Assembly (NCBI GenBank): GCA_965285935.1
Contig: OZ260661.1
Location: 34,906,001-34,970,000, forward strand
Reading direction: 5' to 3'
Length of the DNA: 64,000 nt
From: Ophelia neglecta
Lineage: Eukaryota
Each line of letters opens with the position of its first letter. Within the stretch, counting starts at the first letter, position 1. The translations under genes were made by a program, and so were the position numbers. Shown one piece after another: positions 1 through 13,420 of this stretch. The notes below the pieces were generated by a model. The model did not search any database and was not told where the DNA came from. It worked only from the letters and a program-made list of their open reading frames with translations.

Positions 1-3000
1 TATTGCCACTAGGAAAATGAAAGTCATTTCAAAAGAAAGCATTGTCTGACTAAGTATTTATTCGGAAGCCATAGCTTAGACATACCTTTTGCGCTATTTT
101 CTGCAAAATTAAATTCACATAATGTATATTCACTACTTATCTCTACATGGCCCCGTTATAAATTAAAGTGCTTTTTAAAGCCTCGTCGAAACAGGGGCCT
201 TACGAGTAGCAAAATTTGCTAAAATAAACAGTAAATTAGTTATAGGACTACTAGTCACCGATATCAACTACTCACCTATCAGCATACACACATTAAGAAA
301 TACTACTAAATGATACTGGTACAAAGAACATAAATGAAATGCATGACATTTGATGGAGAGATATTCAACGCCTATGTAAACTTTAACATGGTTTTTTTCT
401 CAAGTTTACGGCAAATCATGGACCAAAAATGATGTGGACCAATATCTATTGTTGTGTTGTTTGTAACAGCAGCCCTATGTCAAGTTAGTGGCTGGCTGTA
501 CCAGTAAGGAAAACATTCTTAAACAGGTTTAATAAACTGGCTGTTGTAGTCAAATTATATTAACTGCTTCGTATACAATCTTGGAATAATATAGGTTTGC
601 TGTAAGTCTCCGTTTTAACGCAATAAAATTCCTAGTTTAGTTTAGTCAGCTTCCCAAAATGCGGTCTTGAGAAAAAACTGATAACAACTTCATATGGAAT
701 TATATTAGATATGCCGGTTAAAATTGATTTTATCACTAAAAGGCAAAATATTTCACTTATAATCGGTTTATACTTTTGAAACATCCGTAAACGTATGTTT
801 AATTCTTGCTAGAATGGCCATAACTTGGTAAATGTCTCGGGAGGTTCGTGTACAAAAGGGCTACTCAAAGAAGTTAATGGATGAATTTTCATCAGTTTGA
901 TTCTGGTTTATTTGAGGAACCCATTCGTCTAAAGAAATAAACCCTACATAGTACGAACGAACCTTGCCCTGCCATGGTCACTCTGATTTCTATCCGCGAG
1001 GCCGCTGGCACTATCATCGATTTAACACTGGGAAAAATGGTTGGGAAATAGCACGCTGAGGCTAAAGAATTTACTCAGATCAATAAAATGCTTTTATTCG
1101 TCCTCAGTGTTTGCTGAAATGAATATACTATCGGATGGTTTCATGAATGAAATTTGAATATTGCCTTACAGGATAAAGCCACATTGCATATTTTTATAGC
1201 AAAATGTATTGCAGGACGGAATACTTTCAATTTGGAGGAGTCTGAAGTGATCTTGATGCCGGACAAAAATGTAAGTTATGCAAGGCAAATGTGTATTTAT
1301 TTCCTTTAATAAAGAATGGTCACATACATTATGTTAAACCAACACATTTCTAAACTAAATTGAACACTAGTCTGTGCGATTGTCTGTAAGACAATATCTC
1401 ACCTGCTACATGCTTTCATTTATTCTTTCCCTGCATTTTAGCACTCAAGGTTTTAGTCAATATAATCAAGCTTGGTATTACAATTTTTCACTTAGCTGCA
1501 ATCTAATCAACTGGCTAAGTGTCTATATGAACTCAAAGTACTATATAGACCTATATAACAAGTTAGACATGCAAAAATACAAAACACTTATATGCTAGTA
1601 ATTACGGGGAATTGGTGCTTTGGGTTTTCTTTCACTATGATTAAGTATGAACATTGTGGTGTGGTCTGGAGTAGAATGTTATCCCTCGGAGGGTTCAAAT
1701 AGTTTTTTCTTTATATTCTATGTCCATTGAACTTGAATCATTTCGACAGCATGGGCATAATACAATGCGGTAGTTATTGTTATTCCCTTTGTACGCTTTT
1801 TATATTGCTTTGTGTTGTATTGAGGGAAGAATGCATAGACAATGCCACCAAACTTTTCCTTCGATCTCCCACATTTGTCGACGTTCCTTTAGATCAGGCA
1901 GTGCATATTTACAATGCGTGGCATTTTGCCAAGCAAGTGCCATAATTCGTTTCTGTGGAAATTTGAAAGAGGAACACGGAAGGCTATGATTTTCAAATAA
2001 AATGTGTTTAGAAAACCGCTCTATCTCTTTCAATAGAACCTGCTCGATTCGTAGCGTGCGTCTTATGTATTTATCGTGTCCCGCCACGAAATAGGCGACA
2101 ATACATCCCTTCCGGCAACACGATTCAATGCATTATGCCCCGAGGCAATAGGCTTTTTTGAATCAATTATTTATCCAGCATTAATGCCTATCACGGAAAC
2201 CTTCGATTTCCAAATTTACAACTTACTGCAGATTAGCTCAGATTTTATAGGCACGAACCCAAGAAATTTATCTAAATAGTGTTCTGAATGATGGGAGAGG
2301 TTTATACCGACAGTTCATTATCTTCACAATTGAGAACGCAATCCCATAGCTTACAAAACCTGCAGGATAGAAAGGGGGGGGGGGTTATGGCTACACCGCC
2401 CAAGCAACCCCACCCACGTCGCCACCCTTGGATAAATCTCGATTGACGATCGGGTTTTGAACGTGTTAAGGTTCATGCCATGACTGATCATTTTTTTTAC
2501 AAATAGTTAATGGCATTGATTCCTTAGAGAAACAGTTTAACTTGTTAAGCTGGGCGCCAGGGTCTTCTGGAGGGAGTTGGAGTGGTAATTACTGATAATC
2601 GATATAGTGTGCTCGGAATATGCTTGTATTTTCTTATATCGGCCTATATGGGCTACTTTACATATGTATACATATATCGATTATGTAATGGCAGACGGTA
2701 CGAATGGCTATGGTGAAACAGGAAAAACGCCACGGGCAAGGTTAACATTAAAATATAGTCATTCATTTCCCCATTTCACTAAAGACTATTCAGCAATGCC
2801 TATTTCTACTCTGTATGTGGTTTGAACAATATTTTCTCTAATTCTTTCTTGAACACTTCCTACCAACGCACCGAAACTGAACATTGCTAATGGAAATCAC
2901 GACGTGTTGTTTGCCTCTCTTTGCCATATCAATATCATTGACTATTCCTGACAAAAGACTATTCGGAAATAAATGCTCAAATGAGTCCGGATGTCTCCCT

Positions 3001-4601
3001 CGGGCGTTGAGGAATCCTTATACACAAAAGGGTCTTATTTCCGGTCTTTAGCTAACTGTCAATGCCAAATAACTAAAGAAAACCAATGATAAACAGGCGC
3101 ATAAAGATTATTTTAATGGAGCTTGCTTGAATGTTTTTCAAAGAGGCAAACAATATTGCTTACTGTGTTTAAGGTGGCCTGCAATATTATTATTGGTCAA
3201 CCAAAACATGCCGTAATATCCACAGGGATTCATCTCCTAGAGCTCAGCATTGATTGTCCACAAAATGCCTAAGGGCTGCATACAGTCATTAATAACATCG
3301 GAGTCTTTTGAGGATTAGCTTTGAAATTGTGGCTTTAGAAACTAGCTCATTGATCCGTGCGGTCAGTTCATAGGAAATTTCGGGATAAACTGCCATTGGG
3401 TCTATCAGCTGGTCTTAAGACGCTTGCGGACGACCCTTGCCATCTGCTGCGCTCTGCGCGTCCCTAGAAAGCGAGCGCTTCAAATTGCGTTCTGTAAACA
3501 ATGCAGCATACTTCATCACGTTGTGTCTGGAACTTGAAGGCCTTCAGCCCCTTCAGGCTTGTCTGGGATCAATTCAAACGCGAATAAATCTATGTCCTTC
3601 AAGGATATACTGGGAACAGATCAATGCTACTGGGCAGGGGTGGGCATATCAGCTGGATAGCATCTCCTTCTACTGTGTGATTTCGATCTCTGCGACCCAG
3701 CTCTGGTGTAGATTGGCTTTAACACCAGGATTATAGAATGTTTTGCTTCTGTAACAGCCGTGCTGAGGGACGTCATTGACGCATGCCATAAGCTGCAGGC
3801 TTGGCCAGTATTGTAGTGTGTAAACCTGGCTGTGTCTATAGGCGCCAAAACGTGCATGGGATAACCCTGTAACATAGAGCGTGGGCTTAATCGGATTATA
3901 GAAGATACGCTATGTAATATAGGCTTTTAGGGTAAGTGCATTTATTCAATAATTAATGGTCAAGTCTTAAAGTGCGGACATGGAGCGCAATATGCCCGGT
4001 TACTTGTAGGTCCTCAACTGTGCATCTTTGTTAATATCTGGGCCATTGCAATGAAGTCTGGAATGCCTTTGTTGGAAATAATTGCGCTAGGATACATAGA
4101 AATAGATAAAACTTTGATCAGACTTTTTCTTGATAATTCAACTATGTATTCCCAAGTACAAAAACATATCCTGTGGTCGTATGCGGCTTGGACAGCAGCC
4201 AGTCGTATATTATTAAGTGGGATAAAGCCGAAGGAGGAATGAGCATGGCTTGCTGTTTACCATTATAGGCCTACAAATGCAGCAGCTATGTAACCATGTA
4301 CAGAATCAATTGAAGAGGCAATACCTTAATACAACACATGCCTGGATATCAGCCTCCGAGATAAATTGTCTACATTAAGTCAACATACAGCTAGGCCAAT
4401 GTTTGAACAGGAACCAGGTTACTAGACTCGACAGCTCGATAACGACTTTTCTTCTACATTTTTTTCTTTCTCGAAACAAACAACTCTTGTTATTTTCTCG
4501 TTCCGGCCAATGGTCCTGATAATAATATCATGAACCTCCCAATAAGCGTTTTTCTGAGCTCAAAAAGATCATTGTTGAACTTCCCATCAAAATAGTAGTT
4601 T

Positions 4602-4745
4602 GGGAAGCGTTCATTGTTAAGTATAGGGGGGGGGGGGGAGGGGCAATTTCAGAAATTGACTTTTCAAGGAATGCCAGCCCCTAGAGCGCCCCCTTACTTA
4701 CCTGTTCCAAATCGTATAGCCCCAACCCGGCGCCCCCTGAAAGAG
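4602..4745 (+). mobile_element. Degenerate relative of the 9.3-kb MITE (one end only)
   Basis: GGGAAGCGTTCATTGTTAAGTATA-(G)n resembles the TIR GGGAGCGTTCATTATTTATGGCC-(G)n and is followed by C-run repeats. No matching second TIR found. Confidence 0.45.
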
Positions 4746-4919
4746 TCAATTTCAATCTAGTACTCGCCCGGCACTTAAGCATACAACAAAATGCCACCGG
4801 CATCGGAGCACGCGAATCTCAAATAACAAGCATGATCGCAGAGAATTTGATTGGAAGTTCCAACCAGTATCACTCAGTACTGGGAGGGGAATCACAGGGT
4901 CAAATGAATCAGAGATTGC

Positions 4920-5320
4920 AGTCTGATACACTGAGATTTATTAACACATTGGCCCCATTGTCCCCCACCGGGAGAGCCTTGACAGTTTCAGTCAATTTGT
5001 TTTCTGTCGTACACATAACCTTGTACTTTGTCCATTAAACTGTGTGGTGACAGATCACCTTCTTCCCAGGAAAGCCTGTCTGCAACTCAGAAGGCTGAAT
5101 TCACTACTGTGTTGCTTGAGAATATCGACTTTCAAGGCAGTCGCTAACTAAATAAGCTTCGACGTTTTGCCCGGTGTAATGTAACTGTAGGCTTATACGT
5201 ACAGCTGTTCGCCTAGCCATATGGAAAATTGTCAACGCCGACAAAAATATCAACATTCAACTTGTAATTCGGAAAGATTGAAGAAGCCAGGTTCTTAGCA
5301 TTGAAGTACATCATGTAGAC
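4920..5320 (-). mobile_element. Non-LTR retrotransposon APE-endonuclease fossil (CR1/L2/Rex1-like)
   Basis: MYFNAKNL...VDIF, then SWEEGDLSPHSLMDKVQGYVYDRKQ...GGG....VNKSQC, matching the NARSL / ETW / GY..RxDR / GGGVxxY order of APE motifs. Contains stops. Confidence 0.5.
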
Positions 5321-6619
5321 CGCACACGCCCGTCTCTGTCTGCCATGGTCAAATAAATGGTAGTACGAATGTGCCCTGATCATGTTATCAAAATATTGAC
5401 ATGACAAATAATACAACTACTGTGTGGGTCAACGGCAATCAGGAAGCTTCAATTGACATGCCCATGCTCTGGAAGATTCCCCTTTGACCTTTTGTACAAG
5501 TCCGATAGATTCCAGAATGAAGCAAGACAATGTTAAACTCAGGTCTAAATTTATCATTGATGGCCGCTGTTTCTCTGCTAACCTAGTTTCGTGGTTTAAT
5601 AAGGCTGCTAAGCAAATCGGAAACCCATCGGCATAAATTATCTGCTTGGACGGCTGGTAGTCAAAAGGCGTGTGTCATGTTTTCAAATCCCGGTGTAATT
5701 TAATGAATGGTCACCCATTGAAGAGCCGGCAAAGTGGACAGACCATCTGGTGTTGTTATTAAACTCAGAGATCGAGATACTAGTACTTGTAAAATGTGAG
5801 GGGTCTGCATATACCGATATGTAGTGATAAAAAAAGAATTGTGATTCAGAAATAAATATCAATAGCTGAATTATTAAATGTTTAAACAGCAAACAAATAA
5901 AACAACAGTAAAGACTCAAACAAACATGACGATAGCTGCTACAAACTTGTCAGACTCGAATTCTCGCTAATGGCAGTATTTCAAAGGGCAAATAATTCTT
6001 TGTCTTTGTGTTACAAGATATCTAAACGGATTCCAAATTTTATCAGCCATTGTTTGGAAGGATTGGCGAGGAAGGCAATTCGAGCATCTAACCCGCACAT
6101 TCTGTAAAAAGCAGTTACTAAATTTATTAGATTATGTCATTCTTTACTATGGAACTGATCGGTCGCGACATTGAACTTAAATATTGTCGACACATCGTGA
6201 GGCCCATGACGGTGCAATGAATGACCATGCACTCATTTAATACACATCACGGATATCATAATTTAGCGGTGCTACAATATGGGTCAATAGGGCATGCATT
6301 TTCTTTGTCTCTAAAATGGCGTAGCATTTATTCAGAGAGGGGATAACGGGCTTATTAATCAATAATTAGCTCCTGATTTCAATAAAATGTTTTAAAATGT
6401 GAAAATTAAACGAACAGTGTAAACGGTATATCGGGCAACTTTGCTTTTAACATAATTCCACATCTACAAGAATGCATATATACATATTGTAATTTACTGT
6501 TGAAACTAAAGAAACCAACCCCACCCCATGTTGCACAAAATTTATGGTTACACTGCCAGGATGTAAAGTGCAGGGGGTCACATTATTAAACTGCTTCTCA
6601 CTCTTTCCTGCCAAAATTC

Positions 6620-6860
6620 CTCGCTAGTTCATCTCCTGCGGCGCGTTGTTGGCATGGCAACGCGCATGCCGGGTGTCTTCCCGCCGTGCTTTGTGGCGGG
6701 TTCTAATCATGGTTTGCGGCATGTGAATTACGGACAGAATGTCATGCAGCATGGCGGGAATTATCATTGTTTCCCATGACAACAGATGAACATGTCTGCG
6801 GCTTTGAGGCTGCGCCTGATTTAATGTGTCATCATGATGATCGTCTGCCGGGCAATACAC
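6620..6860 (+). repeat. Dispersed repeat, copy 1 (paralogous to 22527-22765)
   Basis: Colinear similarity over about 240 bp, including the identical 22-mer CAGAATGTCATGCAGCATGGCG (6735-6756 and 22641-22662) and shared GGGTGTCTTCCCG, CTTTGTGGCGG, ATGGTTTGCGGCAT and CCATGACAACA. Confidence 0.9.
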
Positions 6861-7697
6861 GTGGACAGCTGCCAATGCAGTTTGCAGCCAAGGCATTATC
6901 GGGTCGACGACTGGTTATAGAATACACTTGGTAATGATGAGTTAAAGAGCAGACTTTTCAAACTAATTCAAGTTGCATCCAAGAGAGTGAATTTTACGTA
7001 CTAATAGATTAAAAAATTCATATCTTGGCCTTAATAATGCTTCTGTATAGCGACCTTATAGATATTTTACTATCATGCTCGGGCTTGGTAGTTTGTATGC
7101 TTGCCCCCCCCCCCCCCCGTTATTAATGGGGAAGACTGTTACCAATTCTTGTGGCCTACGCGTCCCCCCCCCCCCTTTCCCAGCCGCCAATGAGTACTTT
7201 CATTGTGTGGTATAATGATTCACAACACTATAGGCCCATAGTGCAGCATTTTCCCGTATGTGAACATAGTATTGACATTGCTCATAACCTACGCCATATA
7301 ACGGGGTTGTAATACACCAATACTGTTTCTAATACGCAGTTTGTGTGATAAATTTTCAGAAGTAATAAGGAAACCTATGAGTTTCTGCAATATGTGCCAT
7401 TCAGTCTCAGATATTAAGGCTTGGGTGTGGAGATATAATACGTGTAGATAGAGAGGGTCGCTCTACACGAGTTTACTGTATTCTAATACGAGTTTTCGCT
7501 CCTTGACATCATTGTATAATCTTTCTAGTTCCCACAAAAGTAGTGGTTAATGTAATGAACTATGTACAAAAACAGTCATGTTTAATTTGGGCTTTGATGA
7601 TTTGTACTAAAGCAAGGGAGCTAACGGTCGCTCGACAGAAAATTCACAATACCGATAAATATTTTGGCAGGGTGTAAAAATGCGATTTTCACACTGT

Positions 7698-7832
7698 TAC
7701 TGTAGAGTACAGCGAAAATGATACCACCTGTTTGCGGTACTTCAATTTCATGGGATTTAATTTCGCGATTCAAAGATAAGTTGTGAAATACGCGAAAAAA
7801 TAGTACGCGTGAACATAAATTCCGTTACGGTA
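7698..7832. mobile_element. Short degenerate MITE, Tc1/mariner-like (TA-flanked)
   Basis: Ends TA|CTGTA ... TACGG|TA, with internal inverted words TTTCGCG / CGCGAAA. This layout is typical of TA-targeting MITEs in invertebrate genomes. Confidence 0.55.
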
Positions 7833-8589
7833 GTCGGGGTTTTGCCAAATTAAGAGAGTAATCTGGTCAGTACTCAGACACATACCATCTGCTTGGTTGC
7901 TGGGTCTGATTAGAATGAGGCTGAGGCTTCGCTTTATTAACCATAACAGGTCAGGTCCTTAAATCATAAAGATATCGTCTAATATTTATTGGTTGTTTGC
8001 ACTTCTGTGAGTAGCAACACAGTCGGTTAATAAAATCGTAGGCTCTTTTCCAACCATGTGTAACGTTATAAGTATCTTGTATAAAGACAGCGAATTTACT
8101 CTCAACAATATATTAAACTTACACTTTACAGTTATCCCTCTATTGTACTTCAAGTCAAGCTAGCTAGTGAATTCCTAAATTATGAAAAGCATCCAAATCA
8201 TCAAAACCTCTAACGGAAAACGGAAGATCCACCCAAAGACGCCCGCTAACCGGAATGACAAGGGATGTTGTATTAAATGCTGTATGTATTAAAGCGATGC
8301 CGTTTGTACGTATCTTGGTCGGAACTCGGTGAAGAGATTTACCATTTTTTTTCGATGTTAACAGCCGTTGGCATCGGACAACGTACTTGACACGAAAATA
8401 AAGCGAACAGTTTTCGATTGCAGACGCTGCCTCCGGATATAATCATAATACTAGGAGCAGCACTGCAGGGTGTAATACAGCCCGTCTTTCTCTTTGAAAT
8501 ATCAGACGACTCCTCGTATATAGACAGCCTCCTGTTCGCCTTGGGCCATTACTAGACAGTACAAGCAGAGTTGTTACTAATCTGTAGTT

Positions 8590-8670
8590 TTCTTGGCGTG
8601 TTATCTCCCTAGGAGAGGTTAATCCCAGTGGGGACGGGCCAGGTTGGCCTTCTCTTTGGTATTCACCCCT
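8590..8670 (-). ncRNA. Decayed HDV-like ribozyme candidate
   Basis: P1 GGGUGAAU/AUUAACCU (one mismatch, terminal G-U), P3 CCCG/UGGG around L3 UCCCCAC, partial P2, small P4 CUCC/GGAG. The P1.1 GG is missing and J4/2 reads GAUAAC rather than GCUAAC. Confidence 0.35.
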
Positions 8671-9316
8671 GCTGCTTACCGGCCTCTGCCCCTCGGCCAA
8701 AGTGCTAATAGCCTAGGTCAACCTCACCTGCGGTCATGTGACCTATCCCTCTCAGTTAGAAAGCTCTCTAAATATTTTGTATTCACGCCATCTTTAAGTG
8801 TCGCTGTATTTTCATTTTCGAAGAGAGAGTTAATTCATATAGGAAAAACCATTGAAATTATAAAGCAACCCTTGTTCGTTTAGTTCTACCCCGGGAGTTC
8901 TACATCTAATATGACCCGTCAATGCTTTAGTGGTTGCCACATATGATGAAATATTTGAAAGTAAAACCTAAGTATATTGTAATATGTATAAATCTGCTAT
9001 CAGGTATTTGTGTCCCTGCCTTAGCATAACAGCTGGCTCCGTTGTACATGTAAAAGACCTCAGGTGACCTTGGACTTTTTCCAAGGGTATTGCCCACACA
9101 TGGACTTTTTGCTAGGCAGTCAACTTACCAATGGATATAGGCCCTACGGACGGAAAGGTTGTCTCGCAAAAAAAAAAACATAACGGGTCCTACCGAATGT
9201 TAGCATCATTTTCTTACTTTCTCTTAAATGTATTTTTTACAAATGTCTTTTACATTTTGCCCCAACCATCATTCCTTTGATTTGCAAATATTTTTTCTAG
9301 CAGTAACGTTAGCTTA

Positions 9317-9693
9317 GGGAGCGTTCATTATTTATGGCCGGGGGGGGGGGGGGGGGGTAAATTTTTGAAATGAGTACGTCAAAAAAAAATTGCCCCCCCC
9401 TGGACATAGGTGGGAAAAAAATTGCCCCCCCCCCTCAGAATTAGGTGGAAAAAAATTGCCCCCCCCCCATCAAAGACAGAATTTGGCTAAGTTTTATCAG
9501 TTTCACTACACACTTTTGTACAATTTATATTTCTAAATAAAATTGCGCACCCTGTGAATAGACTAAAAAAAAACTGTCCCCCCCATGGAAATGGGTTGAA
9601 AAAAAACTGTCCCCCCCATGGAAATGGGTTGAAAAAAAACTGTCCCCCCCAAATTTACCCCCCCCCCCCCGGCCATAAATAATGAACGCTCCC
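9317..9693. mobile_element. Intact non-autonomous DNA transposon (MITE), PIF/Harbinger (Tourist)-like
   Basis: Terminal inverted repeats GGGAGCGTTCATTATTTATGGCC-(G)n-TAAATTT and AAATTTA-(C)n-GGCCATAAATAATGAACGCTCCC. Flanked by TTA at 9314-9316 and 9694-9696. Internal A-run/C-run direct repeats. GGG termini with a TTA TSD are established PIF/Harbinger hallmarks. Confidence 0.9.
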
Positions 9694-11899
9694 TTAACTC
9701 ATTTTTATTAATTTCTTAATTCAGTGGTCACGTCTTGGACTTTCAATTGCTTCGCTTCAAAGATAAACTGTGTGTAGTTTGCCCGGCTGTGCCTCACAGC
9801 TGGACATAGACAGTAAATTGGCCTACCGCAGGTATATACCCTTAACTCGCAAGACAAAACTCTTTCATTGAGCCGTGAAGACTTTTCAAAGTAAATAGCT
9901 ATAAATACCTCATGTTGACTCGCAGCCTGCCAATGTTGTGACCAAAGCAACTGGCTTAAGAAAACTTTCCAAGTTAATACAGGAAACCATGGTCGAACTC
10001 TACGGGGGGGATGCGGTGTTTATAATAAGACCTAGATGTTAATACAGTAGTTAGTAACTTAATTAATGGAAACGTGTAAAACGTAAGTGATATCCATGAT
10101 AATACAAGTCCCATTTGTGGCAGATCCTTGGGACTGGCGAGAGTTTCATTGCACTATTACATCTTACCTGGGTCCATAGTGTCTGCATATAGCACTAAAG
10201 CTTGAGCTCAAAGCTGGATACATCATTTGCCCATGGGAAGGTCTTAAAAGCATATGTGCTATAAAAGCCGCTTTGGTAATATAAAAGGTGCTTCTCAAAA
10301 CCTGTACAGCTCTTTTTGGTTTAGGCCTAACGTCTGCTTATTGCTGATTGGCTCCGAGCGTATCCATTTTACGACTTTAAAATATCGGAGCGGTATTACA
10401 GTTATACCTATTCGATATAATTTCTCCCAAGGTTCAAGATAAATATCTATATTAACCGACGAAGTATTCTGTAAAAAAGTAACTTAACTGACTTCATTTG
10501 AAGAATGACGTTAATAATTATTCTACTTGATATGCAATTACCTGTACAAGTAATAATGTCTGAACTCCCAGTGGGTATGCAACCAGCAAATCGTCTGTCT
10601 GGCAGGTCTCTTCGCGGGCTTTTAACTCTGCCTCATGATTTTGAATTGATTAAACATATTTTCCAATAGTTCACCACATCATTGACAGTGCTAGCCGGGA
10701 TTACTGCCCTAAATCCGCCCTTGACAATGCCGGTGGCTATTCAGACGCATCTTGGCATAAATTATCCACGTGGACACTTGACAACAAAACGACATGTGCC
10801 ATTTGTGTTATGAGTTACCGGAGATATTTTACCCGGAGGGTCCGGCGGCGTGAAGGGTGAAGTGGGTGGCCTATCTCAGTGTGACATGATCAATCCTTGT
10901 CACAGTAGATGAAGAACTTGATTTATCATTGTAAGTTGACAGTTTATAGGAATTACAGCGGTGCACTAGAGATTTTATCGTCGAAGCAATCGAAGAATTA
11001 TTTATTATAACTTGGTTGCTGGACGTAAACCGCGGTCAATAACCTGCTCCTATGCGTTTTATATTATAATCAGCCAATACTCTTTATATTCTCTTTATAC
11101 TGTTTGTGATTATCTGAGATCTTGATCAAAGGTTTTGGTTCATTGCATGTAAGAAGGTACTACTTATAAATGAACCCGGTGTGTATCACCAGATCCGCGT
11201 TTAAACGTCATCCTGGTCTATTTCCGGGACCTGTTAGATTTTTGAGTAAGCAAAAATGTGGCAAAGACTCACACAGGGCCGATGATAAACAATTAAGGTG
11301 ATAATGCGTGTATTTTGACTATGAAAATGTCTCGAAATAGATTGTGGCGGAATTATTGGCAGCAATCTCTAAGATACCCATTTTTTAGTTCATCAATTAG
11401 AGCAGTTTACTCTATGAAGCATCTTATTCCGGTATCGAATCGTTTGGTGTCTGACGGTTTATCACCAGCGGCGAAAGTGACAAGGTAGTGATTAATCACC
11501 CGGTCGTTCTTGCCTAGAGAAACGTACGGCAAGCCATTAGAATATATAATATCATGCCGCCCAGGTGGTGGGGTGAGGGGGGATATCTGTCGTCATGGAA
11601 ACACCTACATGGCTACGTTTTATTTATCATAAATGCGCTAGGAACAAAATGAAAATATACAATTATTGATCGGTTAAAGTGCTTAAATGAAATAATGAGT
11701 GTGTCATATATTCATCAGTTTTTAGAGCTGCAGTGGACATTGTCCAGTATTAAAGGGACTATATGGTCATATCACATTTGTCATTTCTCGTGTGCATTGG
11801 CTTTTAATCGGCGTGATTTCTTTCAACGTTAATCATTAACATTAAGCTACAGTATTCCTATTTATGGCAGAAGTCAGTCGTGTTTAAACAGTTAGATGA

Positions 11900-13420
11900 C
11901 GGCTTTGATATATCGTAAATTATCGGTATTCTTTCATGATCAACAAAAATATTCACTCGTGTATTCATTAAAAATGGAATTTGTGAATTGATGCAAACAT
12001 TGAAAAGGTAGGCATGCCTCTGAGAAACTGTGCCACGTGTTATGTAGGACACACCCTTTGAGATACAGTATACATAGGCTCTATGGTTAATGATGTTGCC
12101 CAGCAACACCTCAGTCGGATAAAATCGTAGGTTATAAATGAATGGTATTGAGTTCCACCTACCTTTTTTTAACCGAAGATTTAATGTCATCATTCATCTT
12201 GGTATTGGGTTCTCTATGTGAACTAGCGGGTTTAATTTAGCTTTCACCATAACATCTATAGCCTCTTGTTTCTTATTTTTCCCCAATGAAAATAGGGTCA
12301 TAGTAAAGCCATGGTGTTTCCTTTCTACCCAGGAAATTATTAAACCTGGAGCAATAGGGATCTGCTAGAAAAAAAATATATATAGCCTGCCTGTTTAATT
12401 TGGCAAAAAAATTGAATTGGTTGAAAAAAAATAGTTACACTACGATGAATGATAACCATAGTAGAATACAATTTAAGTTGCGTATAACGTTTGACCTAAA
12501 TTACTAACGTTAGTGTTCTTGGGGATTCCTTGGTGCGTGTTACATTTAGTTGATATAGTCCGGGAGGTCTTCCAGGCAGGGGAATTTTAAACCTTTACAC
12601 CGGTAGCACAGGTGCACTACCTACGTTCATTGCATGGGGACGCCACACAACGTTTGCCTGGCAGAAATGCTTAAACGCACTATACTGTAGTATATTTTGC
12701 CTTTTTTTTTACCTTACTCTAGGCAAACTCCTTCCATAATGCATACGTTCACCATATATCGATTTGTTCACGGAGAGCTATAGGCACCTCGGATGGTTCA
12801 TGGATTCGTTCCAGAAAAAAAATAAACCAATGCTACTGTCTGCTATCGCACTACAGGGGGGTTCACCCTTAACCCTCTGACAGAATCCGTCAATTTCCCA
12901 AACATCCAGGAGCGGACTAAAAAAACAAAACCGTTCTTTAATGCCTTGACAGCTGCTGGCTTGCTTTGTTTCCGTGTGTAAGACGTGATTTGGACGGTGC
13001 TCACTCTGAAGTAGATTGACACACAACTTGACAGCCTGGGCCGATAACAATCTGAACGGCGGGCTTGGTTGTTTGAGTTCTTTAAGAGGTATTTTCCCAG
13101 GACACTCGTAGCACGAGCTGTGAAGTGGGGAGACCACCTGGATGTGATTTGTTATGTTCTTGCCATTATTGATACTTGATCTAGATGTGTCATGTTAGAA
13201 ATGAGTTAACAACGCTTCTGTGGAACGATAGGACGGCCCGTGTGCAAAGGAAAGTTGATGTCACCTGTCTTGGTTCATCATAAATAGACGGCGATCAATT
13301 TATCGGGACTTATCGTCATGTATCCACATTGGCGAACTACACCATTTTTATTCATCATTGACGGAACTCCTTTGGAATATTCATGCCTCGGATATTGTCG
13401 CCATTGTTTTAACACCTTTG
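11900..13420 (-). mobile_element. Decayed CR1/L2-like LINE ORF2 (APE fragment about 13.1-13.4 kb; RT fragment about 11.9-12.33 kb)
   Basis: Minus strand, in order: TGDINFP (APE GDFN), HHGF (QxGF), IDVMVKA (DxxKA), ISKGVS..GTV...LFNVCIN...IFVDH (GVPQGSV..LFNIYIN..FADD). Treating these as one element is inference. Confidence 0.55.

Noticed and set aside
6624-6896. 90-aa minus-strand ORF as a gene
   Set aside because: It coincides with the GC-richer dispersed repeat, the paralogous copy has no equivalent ORF in the track, and there is no recognisable domain.
10060-10290. CORE-type SINE with L2-like tail
   Set aside because: Only scattered short words match; too degenerate to support as a feature.
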